Source: the human T2T-CHM13v2.0 reference genome, Homo sapiens. Taken from it: DNA of 64,000 nucleotides. Location of the stretch: NCBI RefSeq assembly GCF_009914755.1, contig NC_060945.1; one strand, given 5' to 3'. Positions 30,301 to 42,730 of the stretch are shown here, piece after piece. Made by a program: the position numbers and the translations under genes. Numbering within the stretch: position 1 is the first letter of the stretch; each line of letters starts with the position of its first letter. The notes under the pieces were generated by a model. The model searched no databases. It saw only the letters and a program-made list of their open reading frames with translations, and was not told the DNA's origin.

Positions 30301-33054
30301 GGAATGGAATGGAATCAACCCGATTGGAACGGAATGGAATGGAATGGAATGGAATGGAATGGAATTTAATGGAATGGAATGTAATGGAATTGAATCAACC
30401 CGAGTTGAATGGAATGGAATGGAGTGGAATGGAATGCAACGGAATGGAATGCAATGGAATCAACTGGAATGGAATGGAATGGATTGGAATGGAACGGAAT
30501 CAACATGAATCAAATGGAATGGAATGGAATGGAATGCAATGGAATGGAACGGAATGGAATTTAAACTACTGGAATGGAATAGAAACGACCCAACTGGAAT
30601 GGAATGCAATGGAATGGAATGGAATGGAATGAAATTCAATCATCACTAGTGGAATGAATGGAATGGAATGGAAAGGAATGGAATTGAATGGAACAGAAAG
30701 TAATGGTATGGAATCAATCCGAGAGGAATGGTATGGAATGGAATGGAGTGGAATGGAATGGAATGGAATAAAATGGAATTGAATGGAATGGATTCAACCC
30801 GAGTGAAATGGAATGGAATGGAATGGAATGGAATGGAATGGAATGGAATGGAATGCAATCAACCCTAGTGGAATGCAATGGAATAGAATGGAAGGGAATG
30901 GAATGGAATGGAATCAACCAGAGTGGAATGGAATGGAATGGAACGGAATCACCCCGAGTGGAATGAAATGGAATATCATGCAATGAAATGGAATGGAATC
31001 AACACTAGTGGAATGGAATAGAATGGAATGGAATGGAACGGAATGGAAGGCAATGTAATCAACTGGAATGGAATGGAGTGGAATGGAATGGAATGGAATC
31101 AATCCGGGTGGAATGGAATGGAATGTAATGGATTGCAATGGAATGGAATGGAGTGGAATGGAATGGAATGGAATGGCGTTTAATGGAATATACCCGAATG
31201 GAATAGAATGGAATGGAATGGAATGGAATGGAATGGAATGGAATGGAATGGAATCAACCCAAAAGTGATGGAATGGAAAGGAATGGAATCGAATGGAGTC
31301 AAACCAAGTGGAATGGAGTGGAATGAAACGAAGCGGAAGCAACCCGAGTTGAATGGAATGGAAAGGAATGGAATAGAATGGAATGGAATGGAATGGAATG
31401 GAATGGAATGGAATGGAATCAACCGGACTAGAATGGAATGGAATTGAATGGTATGAATGGAATGGAATTGTATGGAATCAACCCTAGTGGAATGGAATGG
31501 AATGGACTGGAATGGAATGGAATGGAATGGAATGGAATGGAACGGAATGGAATGGATTGGAATGGAATGGAAGGGAACGGAACGGAATGGAATGGAATGG
31601 AATGGAATGGAATGAACCTGAATGGAATGGAATGGAATGGAATGGAATGGAATTGAATCAACACAAGTGGAATGGAATGGAATGGAATGGAATTGAATCA
31701 ACACGAGTGGAATGGAATGTAATGGATTGGAGAGCAACTGAATGGAATTTAATCGAATGGATTGGAATGGATTAGAATCAACCCAAATGGAATGGAATGG
31801 AATGGAATGGAATGGAATGGAATGGTATGGAAAGAACCCGAGTGGAATGGTATGGAATGGAATGGTATGGAATCAACCTTAGTGGAATGGTATGGAATTT
31901 TATGGAATGGAATGGAATGGAATTCAATGGAATGGAATGGAAAAAATGGAACGGAATGGAATGGAATCAACCTGAGAGGAATGGAATGGAATGGAATGGA
32001 ATGGAATCGAATGGAATGGAATGGAATGGCATGGAATGGAATCAACCCAAGTGGAATGGAAAGGAATGGAATGGAATGGAATGGAATGGAATGGAATGGA
32101 ATGGAATGGAATTGAATGGAATGGAATGCAATGGAATGCAATGGAATCAACTGGAATGGAATGCAATGGAATGGAATGGGAAGGAACTGAATCAACCTGA
32201 GTGGAATGGAATGGAATGGAATGGAATGGAATGGAAATTAATGGAAAGGAATGGAAAAAACCTGAGGGGAATGGAATGCAATGGAATGGAATGGAATGGA
32301 ATCGAATGGAATTCAACGGAATGGAAACGACCCCGTTGCAGTGCAATGGAATGGATTGAACTGGAATGAAATGGAATGGATTGTAATCAACCCGTATCGA
32401 ATGCAATGGAATGGAATGGAAGGGAATGGAATGGAAAGGAATGGAATAAAATCAAATGGAATGGAATGGAATGGATTGGAATCAACCCGAGTCAAATGCA
32501 ATGGATAGGAATGGAATGGAATGGAATGGAATGGAATGGAATGGAATGGAATGGAATCAATTCGAGTGGAATGGAACTGAAAGGAAGGGAATTGACTGGA
32601 AACGTAACTACCCGAGTGGAGCGGAATGGAATGGAATGTAATAGAATGGAATGAGCCCCAGTGGAATGGAATGCAATGGAATGGAATGGAATGGAATCAA
32701 ACATGAGTGGAATGAAATGGAATGGAATCAACATAAGTGGAATGGATTGGAATGGGACGGAATGGAATGAAATGGAATGGAATGGAATGGAATGGAACGG
32801 AATGGGACGGAATGGAATGAAATGGAATGCAATGAAATGGGACGGAATGGAATGAAATGGAATGGAATGGAATGGAATGGAATGGAATGGAATGGAATGG
32901 AATGGAATAGACTGGAAAGGAAAGTAATGGAATGAAGTGAAATGGAAGGGATTCAACCCGAGCGGAATGGAATGCAATGAAATGGAATGCAATAGAAAGT
33001 AATGGAATGGAATCGATTGGAAACAACCTGAGTGGAATGGAATGGAATGGAATG

Positions 33055-36000
33055 AAATATCAAAGTACCATAACTAATATTATATACTGTTCATAAAATA
33101 TCAAAGTACCCAAACATATATTATATACTGTACATAAAATAACAAAGTACCCAAACTATATATTACATATAGTACATAAAATATCAAAGTACTAAAAGTA
33201 TATATTATATACTGAATATAAAATAACAAATTACCCAAACTATATATTGTATATTGTATATAAAATAAAAATTACACAAAATATATATTATATAATGTAC
33301 ATAAAATATCAAAGAACCCAAATTACATCTTATATACTGTACATAAAATATCAAAGTACCCAAAATATATATTCTATACTGTACATAAAATATAAAATAC
33401 GAAAAATATATATTCTATACTGTGCATAAAATATCAAAATACACTAAATATATATTATATACTGTACAGAAAATATCAAAGTAACCAAACTATATATTAT
33501 ATACTGTACATAAAATATCAAAGTACCCAAACTATATATTATATACTGTACATATAATATCAAATTACACAAACTATATATTATATACTGAACATAAAGT
33601 ATAAAATTACCCAAACGATATATTATAAACTGTACATAAAATATCAAAGTACACCAAATATATATTCCGTACTCTACATAAAATATTAAAGTACATCAAA
33701 TATATATTCTATACTGTACATCAATTATCAAAGTACATTAAATATATATTCTATAATTTAGATAAAATATAAAAGTACAACAAATATATATTCTATACTG
33801 TATATCAATTTTCAAAGTACATGAAATATATATTATATACTGTCCATAAAATATCAAAGTACACCAAATATATATTCTATCCTGTACATAAAATATCAAA
33901 TTACCCATACGATATATTATATACTGTACATAATATATCAAGGTACCCAAACATTATATTATATACTGTTCATAAAATATGAAAGTACACCAAATATATA
34001 TTCCATACTCTACATAAAATATCAAATTACATCAAATATAAAACCTATACTGTACAAAAAATATCAAAGTACACCAAATATATATTCTATACTGTACATA
34101 AAATATCAAAGTATGCAAAGTATATATCATATAATGTACATAAAATATCAAAGTATCCGAAGTATATATTATGTACTCTACATAAAATATCAATGTACAC
34201 AAATTTTATATTATATACTGTACAAAAAGTCAAAGCACACAAACTATATATTATATACTGTACATAATGTATCAAACTACACAAAATATATATTTTATAC
34301 TGTATATAAACTATCAAATTACCCAAACTATATATTATATACTGTACATAAAATATGAAAGTACACAAATTTTATATTATATACTGTACATAAAGTATCA
34401 AAGTACCCAAACTTTATATTATATACTGTAGATAAAACATCAAAGTACACCAAATATATATTATATACTGTACATAAAATATCAAAGTACCCAAACTATA
34501 TATTATATACTGTACATAAAATATCAAAGTACCCAAAGTATATATTATATACTATACATAAAATATCAAAGTACCCAAACTATATATTATATACTGTACA
34601 TAAAATATCAAAGTAGCAACACTATATATTGCATACTGTACATGAAATATCAAAGTACCCAAAATATATATTATGAACTGTACATAAAATATCAAAAGAC
34701 CCAAAATATATATTATATACTGTATGTAAAATATCAAAATACCAAAAATATATATTATATACTGTACATAAGATATCAAAGTACCAAAAATATATATTAT
34801 ATACTTTACCAAAAACCTCAAAGTATCCAAAATATATATGATATCCTCTACATAAAATATCACACTACTCAAATTATATATTATATACTGTATAAAAAAT
34901 ATCAAAGTACCCAAAATATATATTCTATACTGTACATAATATATCAAAGTACCCAAAGTAGATATAATATACTGTACATAAAATATCATAGTACACCAAA
35001 TATATATTATATACTGTACATAATATATCAAAGTACAACAAATATATATTATATACTGTACATAAAATATCAAAGTACTTAAAACATATATTACATACTG
35101 TCCATAAAATATCAATGTACCCAAAATATATTTTATATACTGTACTTAAAATATCAAAGTATGCAAACGATATATTATACACTGTACATAAGATATCAAT
35201 GTACCCAAACTATGTATTATATACTGTACATAAAATATCAAACTACGCAAAATATATATTATATACTATACATAAAATATCAAAGTTCCCAAAATATATA
35301 TTATATACTGTACATAAAATTTCAAAGTAACCAAAATATATATTAAATACTGCACATAAAATATCAAAGTACAAAAACTGTATATTACACACTATACATA
35401 AAATATCAAAGTACACATACTATATTTTATATACTGTACATAAAATATCAAAGTAGTATAACTATATTTTATATACTGTACATAAAATGCAAAGTACACA
35501 AACTACATATTATATACTGTACATAACATATCAAAGTACCCACAATATATATTATATACTGTACATAAAATATGAATGTACCCAAACTATATATTATATA
35601 ATGTATATAAAATATCAAAGTATCCACACTATATATTGTATGCTGTACATAAAATATCAAACTACCAAACTATATATTATATACTGTACATAAAAAATCA
35701 AACTTCCCAAAATATATATAATATACTGTACGTAAAATATGAAATTACCCATTATATATATTATGTACTGTACGTAAAACTTCAAAGGACCCAAAATATA
35801 TATTATATACGGTACATAAAATATCAAACTACCCCAACTATGTATTCTATACTGTACAAAAAATATCAAAGTTCACCAAATATATATTCTATACTGTACA
35901 TAAAATATCAAAGTACACCAAATTTATATTCAATACTTTACATAAAATATCAAAGTACGCAAAGTATATATTATATAATGTACATAAAATATCAAATTAA

Positions 36001-39000
36001 CTGAAGTATATATTATGTACTGTAGATAAAACATCAATGTACACCAAGTATATATTGTATATTGTACAAAAAATATCAAAGCATACAAAGTATATATTAT
36101 ATACTGTACATAACATATCAAAGTACGCAAAGTATATATTATATACTGTATATAAAATATCAAATTACTCAAACTATATACTATATACTGCACATAAAAT
36201 ATCAAACTGCCGAAACTTTATATTATATACTGTACATAAAATATCAAATTACCCAAACTTTATATTTTATACAGTACATAAAATATTAAAGTACACCAAA
36301 TATATATTATATAGTGTACATAAAATATAGAGGTAAACAAACTATACATTATATACTCTACATAAAATATGAAAGTACAAAACTATATATTATATACTGT
36401 ACATAAAATATCAAAGTACCCACACTACATATTATATACTGCACATAGAATATCAATGTACCCAAACTATATATTATATACTGAACATAAAATATCAAAG
36501 TACCCACACTATATATTATATACTGTACATAAAATATCAAATTACACACAATATATATTATATACTGTACATAAAATATCAAAGTACACAATGTTTATAA
36601 TGTATATTGTACATAAAATATGAAAATACCCTATATATTATATACTGTACATAAATATCAAAGGACCAAATATATATATTATATACTGTACATAAAATAT
36701 CAATCTACAAAAACTACATATTCTATACTCTACATAAAATATCAAAGTACACCAAATATATATTCTATACTGTACATAAAATATCAAAGTACACCAACTA
36801 TATATTATATAATATACATAAAATATCAAAGTACACCAAATATATATTCTATACTGTACAACAAATATCAACATTTCCACACTATATATCTTATACTGTA
36901 CATAAAATATCAAAGCACACAAACTGTATATTATACTCTGTACATAAAATATCAAAATACACAAACTACATATTTTATACTGTACATAAAATATCAAGGT
37001 ACAAAAAATATATATTATATACTGTACATAAAATGTCAAAGGACACAAAATATATATTATAAACTGTACATAAAATATCAAAGGACCCAAAATATATATT
37101 ATATATTATAAACAAAATATCAAAGGACCCAAAATATATATTACATACTGTACATAATATATCAAAGTACCCAAAATACATATTATATACTTAACATAAA
37201 ACATCAAAGGACCCAAAATACATATGATATCCAGTACATAAAATATCACACTACTCAAATTATATATTATATACTGTACATAAAATATCAAACTACACAA
37301 ATTGTATATTTTATACTCTACATAAAATATAAAGGTACCCAAACTATATATTATATACTGTACATAAAATATCAAAGAACACAAACTGTATATTATACAC
37401 TATACATAAAATATCAAAGTACACAAACTACATATTATATACTGTACATAAAATATCAAATTACCAAAAATATATATTTTATACTGTACATAAAATATCA
37501 AAGGAACCAAACTATATATTATAAACTGTAGATAAAATATCAAAGAACCCAAAATATATATTACATACTGTAAACAAAATATCGAAGGACCCAAAATATA
37601 TATTGTATACTGTACATAAGATATCAAAGTACCCAAAACACATATTATATACTTTACATAAAACATCAAAGTACCCAAAATATACAAGATATACTGTACA
37701 TAAAATATCACTCTACTCAAATTATAAATTATATACTGTACATAAAATATGAAAGTACCCAAAATTTATATTACATACTCCACATAAAATATCAAAGTAC
37801 ACAAACTGTATATTATACACTGTACATAAAATATCAAAGTACACAAACTATATTTTATATACTGTACAGAAAATATGAAAGTACCCAAACTATACTTTAT
37901 AACTGTACATAAATATCAAAGTAACCAAACTAAATATTATATACTGTACATAAAATATCAAACTCCTCCAACTATATATTCTATACTGTACATAAAATAT
38001 CAAAGTACAGCAAATATATATTCTATACTGTACATAAAATATCAAAGTACACCAAATATATATTCAATACTGTACATAAATCTCAAAGTATGCAAAGTAT
38101 ATATTATATAATGTACATAAAATATCAAAGTATCCGAAGAATATATTATGAACTCTACATAAAATATCAAAGTCAACAAACTTTATATTATACACGGTAC
38201 ATAAAAAATCAAAATACATCAAATATATAGTATATACTGTACATAACATATCAAAGTACCCCAACTATATATTATATACTGTACATAAAATTTCAAAGTA
38301 CCAAAAATAAATATTATATACAGTACATAAAATATAAAATACCCACACTATATATTATATACTGTACATAAAACATCAAAGTACCCAATATTTTTATTGT
38401 ATACTGTACATAAAATATCAAAGTACCCAAAATATATATTATAAACTGTACATAAAATATCAAAGGACCCAAAATATATATTATATACTGTACATAAAAT
38501 ATAAAATTAACCTAAATATATATTATAAACTGTACATAAGATACCAAAGTACCCAAAATATGTATTATATACCTAAGATAAAACATCAAAGCACCCAAAA
38601 TATATATGATATCCTGAACATAAAATATCACACTACACAAATTATATATTATATAATGTACATAAAATATCAAAGTGCCCAAAATATATGTTATGTACTG
38701 TACATAAAATACCAAAGCACACAAACTGTATATAAAACACTGTACTTAAAATATCAAAGTACACAACTAAATATTGTATACTCTACATAAAATATTAAAG
38801 TACCCAATATATATATTATATACAATACATAAAATATCAAAGGACACAAAATATATATTATAAACTGTATATAAAATTTCAAAGGACCCAAAATATATAT
38901 TATATACTGTACAGAATATATCAAATTACCCAAAATATCTATTATATACTGTACATAAGTTATCAAAGTACCCAAAATATGTATTATGTAGTTTACATAA

Positions 39001-39960
39001 ATCATCAAAGTACCCAAAATATATATGATATCCTATACATAAAATATCACATTATTCCAATTATATATTATATGCTGTACATAAATTATCAAAGAACCCA
39101 AAATTTATATTATATACTGTACATAAAATATCAAAATACACAAACTGTATATTATACACTGTATATAAAATATCAAAGTACACAAGCTACATATTATATA
39201 CTGTACATAAATTATCAATGTACCCAATATATATATTATACACTGTATGTAAAATATCAAAGTACACAAACTCTATATTATACACTGTACATAAAATACC
39301 AAAGTACAAAACTATGTTTTATATACTGTACATGAAATGTGAAAGTACACTAATTATTTTACATACTATACATAAATATCAAAGGACAGAAACTATATAT
39401 TATATACTGTACATAAAATATCAAAGTACCTAAAATATATATTAAATACTGTACATAAAATATCAATGTACACAAACTATATATTACATATCGTACATAA
39501 AATATCAAAGTATGCAAAATATGTAGTATAGACTGTACATAAAATATCAAAGTACCCAGAATATATATTATATACTGTACATAAAATATCAAAGTACACA
39601 AAATATATATTATATAATATACATAAAATATCAAAGTTCCCAGAATATGTATTATATACTGTACATAAAATTACAAAGTAACCAAAATATATATTAAATA
39701 CTGTACATAAAATATCAAAGTACAGAAACTGAATACTATACACAGAACATAATATATCAAAGTACACAGACCATGTTTTACATACTGTACATAAAAAAAC
39801 AAAGAACCCAAACTATATTTTATATACTGTACATAAAATATCAAAGTACCCAAACTATATATTATATACAGTACATAAAATATCAAAGTACCCAAAATAT
39901 ATATTATATACTGTACATAAAATATGAATGTACCCAAACTATATATTACATACTGTATAT
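33055..39960 (+). repeat. Human satellite IA (HSat1A / SAR, classical satellite I 42-bp repeat), ~164 monomers
   Basis: Tandem 42-bp unit ACATAAAATATCAAAGT (17 bp) + ACCCAAA(A/C)TATATATTATATACTGT (25 bp). Two GTAC (RsaI) sites per unit give the classical 17/25-bp subunits. Monomers are visibly diverged. Confidence 0.95.
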
Positions 39961-40323
39961 AAACATTGAATGCAGCAACACAGGTTCCCCATGAGAAAAA
40001 TGAAACTCAGGGAAAATAAAACCACAAAGGTTTAATCTCTTCTGACTTTTGAGAAACACAACACAGAGAGTGGCCCTTAGGACCAAGAGCAGGAGATCCC
40101 TAATCCCGTCACCAAGGCGATAGGGCACAAACATTGCAGGGTGAGGGCACAATCCACATTGTGAGGTCCAACTGCTGCCGGGAAGAGAGGAGTGTTTTTA
40201 CATATACCCAAAGGTCATTGAAGGCTCAGTGATTTGTTTCAAAAACTGAATCCCAAGCCCACACATTATTATGCTGCGCTTCTTAAAACAAGTTATGAGA
40301 TGGGAAATAGGGCACCCACAAAT
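39961..40323. repeat. Truncated, diverged HSATI-like segment at the left edge of the HSat1B array
   Basis: Homologous to ~42368-42730 but lacks the first ~200 bp of the segment and the preceding Alu. It carries many private substitutions. Confidence 0.85.
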
Positions 40324-41869
40324 GTATCTATACATTATGTATATAATAATATATAGAATCATATATATAATATATGTAACTTATATATATATAATATTGT
40401 TTTACATCATGTTCTTATATTATATATATTATATGTAAGGTAATAATTGATAATATATAAGTATTATATTTATACAATATGACATATAATAATTGAATTT
40501 TGTGACATATATAATATATATTATATATGATACATAGAATATATTATATGGTTAATATACGAATTAAATATATAATATGCATAATATATATTACATATAT
40601 TATATCTATGTTATATATAACATACATTATAGATAATATATATATTGTATCTACGTTATATATAATATAAAATAACACAAAATGATATATAAATGTATAT
40701 ATATAATATGACATATAATATACATTATATTTTATGACATATATATAATATATATTATATATTATATATGTAAGACGTTGTATGTATAATGCATATATTA
40801 AATATATATGATATGTCTACGTTATTAATTATATGTAATATATGTTATATATTATATATTTCACATGGAATACACATGTTACCTATAATATATACTATGG
40901 TACCTATAACGTATAATTTATGATATGTAATATACTGTATGTCATATATTATATATAATTCATAATATACAGTATGTGGAATGTGGTATATATGACATAT
41001 AATATATAATATATATAACATACAATATATCATATATAACAAAGAATATATGATACATAATATATATGGTATACAAAATATATATTATGATATATATTAT
41101 ATATGTTTTATATCATATTATATATAACTATTTAAAATTATATATAACTGTATAATAGTATACGTAAATATATAATATAATAAACATGACTATATATTAT
41201 GTTATATATAATTTTATTACATACGTTACATAATATATGATAATATAATGCATATATTATATTATTTTATATTCCATAATATATATTATATATCACATAA
41301 TATATGCTGCATACATAATATTAAAATATATATTATATTATGATATATGAAATATCGTATATATTATGTATCCTATATTGTATAATATACATTATATATT
41401 ATATAACATGAATGTTGTCTATCATATGATATATAAAATTATATATATGATTATATTGTTATACATATAACGATATAAATATGTAATTATATGTATCATT
41501 ATTTATATTATATATTATTATATAATCATTTATAATTATTTATATTATATAAATAATTTTATGATTATATAAATTATAATATATAAATTATACTATGTAA
41601 TAAAAAATATATATATTATATATCATATATGATATAGTATATATGTTATATATCATATTATATATAAATATATGTTATGTTATATACAATTATATATTTT
41701 CATATATAAGATGTATAATATGTATTATCTATTATATATGTTATGTAGTATATATAATGTAAATAAGCTGACACAGGATAAATATTACATATTATGATAT
41801 ATAATATATATGAGGTTATATATTACATATAAAGCATATTACAAAACTTATAATATATATCATGTATAA
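40324..41869. repeat. AT-rich low-complexity block of HSat1B unit 1 (representative; present in all ten units)
   Basis: About 1.55 kb of TATATAAT/ATATATT-like sequence that is conserved almost base for base between units. Confidence 0.9.
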
Positions 41870-42161
41870 TTTTTTTTTAGACAGAGCCTTGTCCTGTTGC
41901 ACAGCGTGAGGTACAATGGCGCCATCTTTACTCACTGCAACATCTGCCTCACGGGTTCAAGCGATTGTCCTCCCTCAGCCTCCCAGGTAGCTGGGAGTAC
42001 ACCACACTGGGACTACACCAGCTGCCACCATGCCTAGCTAAACTTTTGGATTTTTAGTAGTGACAGCGTTTCACTGTATTGGCCAGGATGGTCTTGATCT
42101 CTTCACCTTGTGATCCCCTTGCCTTGGCCTCCAAATTTCCTGGGATTACAGGCCTGAGCCA
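41870..42161 (-). mobile_element. Diverged Alu SINE in HSat1B unit 1
   Basis: Antisense Alu hallmarks: T9 tail then AGACAGAG, CTCACTGCAAC, GGGTTCAAGCGATT, CCTCAGCCTCCC, ATTTTTAGTAG, GGCCAGGATGGTCTTGATCTC, CTGGGATTACAGGC.TGAGCCA. About 12 nt are missing at the Alu 5' end. Confidence 0.95.
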
Positions 42162-42730
42162 AGATACATGTTTTTTAAATGAAAAAGAATTTCAAAGCTA
42201 CTCTGCTTGGGACAAGAATCAAATATATAAACTGAGGAATAAAACATAACCATGAAACATATTTATAACTGCATATGGAAAATACAGAGGATAATTTTTT
42301 AAATAACATATTTTGAAAGCATTAACTAGTAATTTGAAGAGTTGGCATTTGAAAGGCCCGTATGAATATACCTTCAAAGCAGCAACACAGGTTCCCCATG
42401 AGAAAAATCAAACTCAGGGAAAATAAAACCACAAGGGTTCACTCTGTTCTGACCTTTGAAAAACACAGCACAGACAGTGGCCCTTAGGACCAAGAGCAGG
42501 AGATCCCTAATCCCGTCACCACGGCGATAGGGCACAAACATTGCAGGGTGAGGGCACAATCCACATTGTGAGGTCCAGCTGCTGCCGGGAAGACAGGAGT
42601 GCTTTTACATAGACCCAAAGGTCATTGAAGGCTCAGTGTTTTCTTTCAAAAACTGAATCCCAAGCCCACACATTATTATGCTGCGCTTCTTAAAACAAGT
42701 TATGAGATGGGAAATAGGGCACCCACAAAT
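42162..42730. repeat. HSATI-like ~570-bp segment of HSat1B (representative)
   Basis: Complex segment AGATACATGTTTTTTAAATG...GGGCACCCACAAAT, repeated at 44563-45131, 46953-47521, 49355-49923, 51752-52320, 54149-54717, 56551-57119, 58953-59521, 61353-61921 and partially at 63747-64000. The name comes from recognising the DYZ2 structure, not from a database search. Confidence 0.8.

Larger units (their letters stand above)
1..33054 (+). repeat. Human satellite III (HSat3) array, (GGAAT)n / (CATTC)n
   Basis: Continuous GGAAT pentamers with point variants (GCAAT, GGAAC, GGAGT, GAAAT, GTAAT), punctuated by CAACCCGAGT/CAACCCGAAT-type motifs typical of Satellite III. The HSat2-type CATTCGATTC pattern is not dominant. 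GGAAT stays on the + strand throughout. Confidence 0.97.

Noticed and set aside
1-33026. Hundreds of ORFs encoding MEWNG / IPFHS repeats (up to 332 aa)
   Set aside because: These are direct translations of (GGAAT)n and (ATTCC)n, which lack stop codons in any frame. They overlap in all six frames and show no gene structure.
1-33054. Canonical heat-shock elements or DUX4 sites
   Set aside because: The nGAAn units are direct repeats and I found no clear GAAnnTTCnnGAA. TAATGGAATCA only loosely resembles the DUX4 motif. No individual site can be supported.
33055-39960. CRISPR-like appearance (conserved 17-bp part alternating with a more variable 25-bp part)
   Set aside because: The 25-bp parts are homologous to each other and are not unique spacers. 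There are no cas genes, and the Alu shows a primate context.
33247-39994. Y/I/K-rich or hydrophobic ORFs with a 14-aa period
   Set aside because: 42 bp equals 14 codons, so these are translations of the HSat1A monomer and not membrane proteins.
40860-40990. GGAAT pentamers (CATGGAATAC, TGTGGAATGTGG) inside the HSat1B AT-rich block as HSat3 relics
   Set aside because: Two isolated 5-6 bp matches per unit are compatible with chance.
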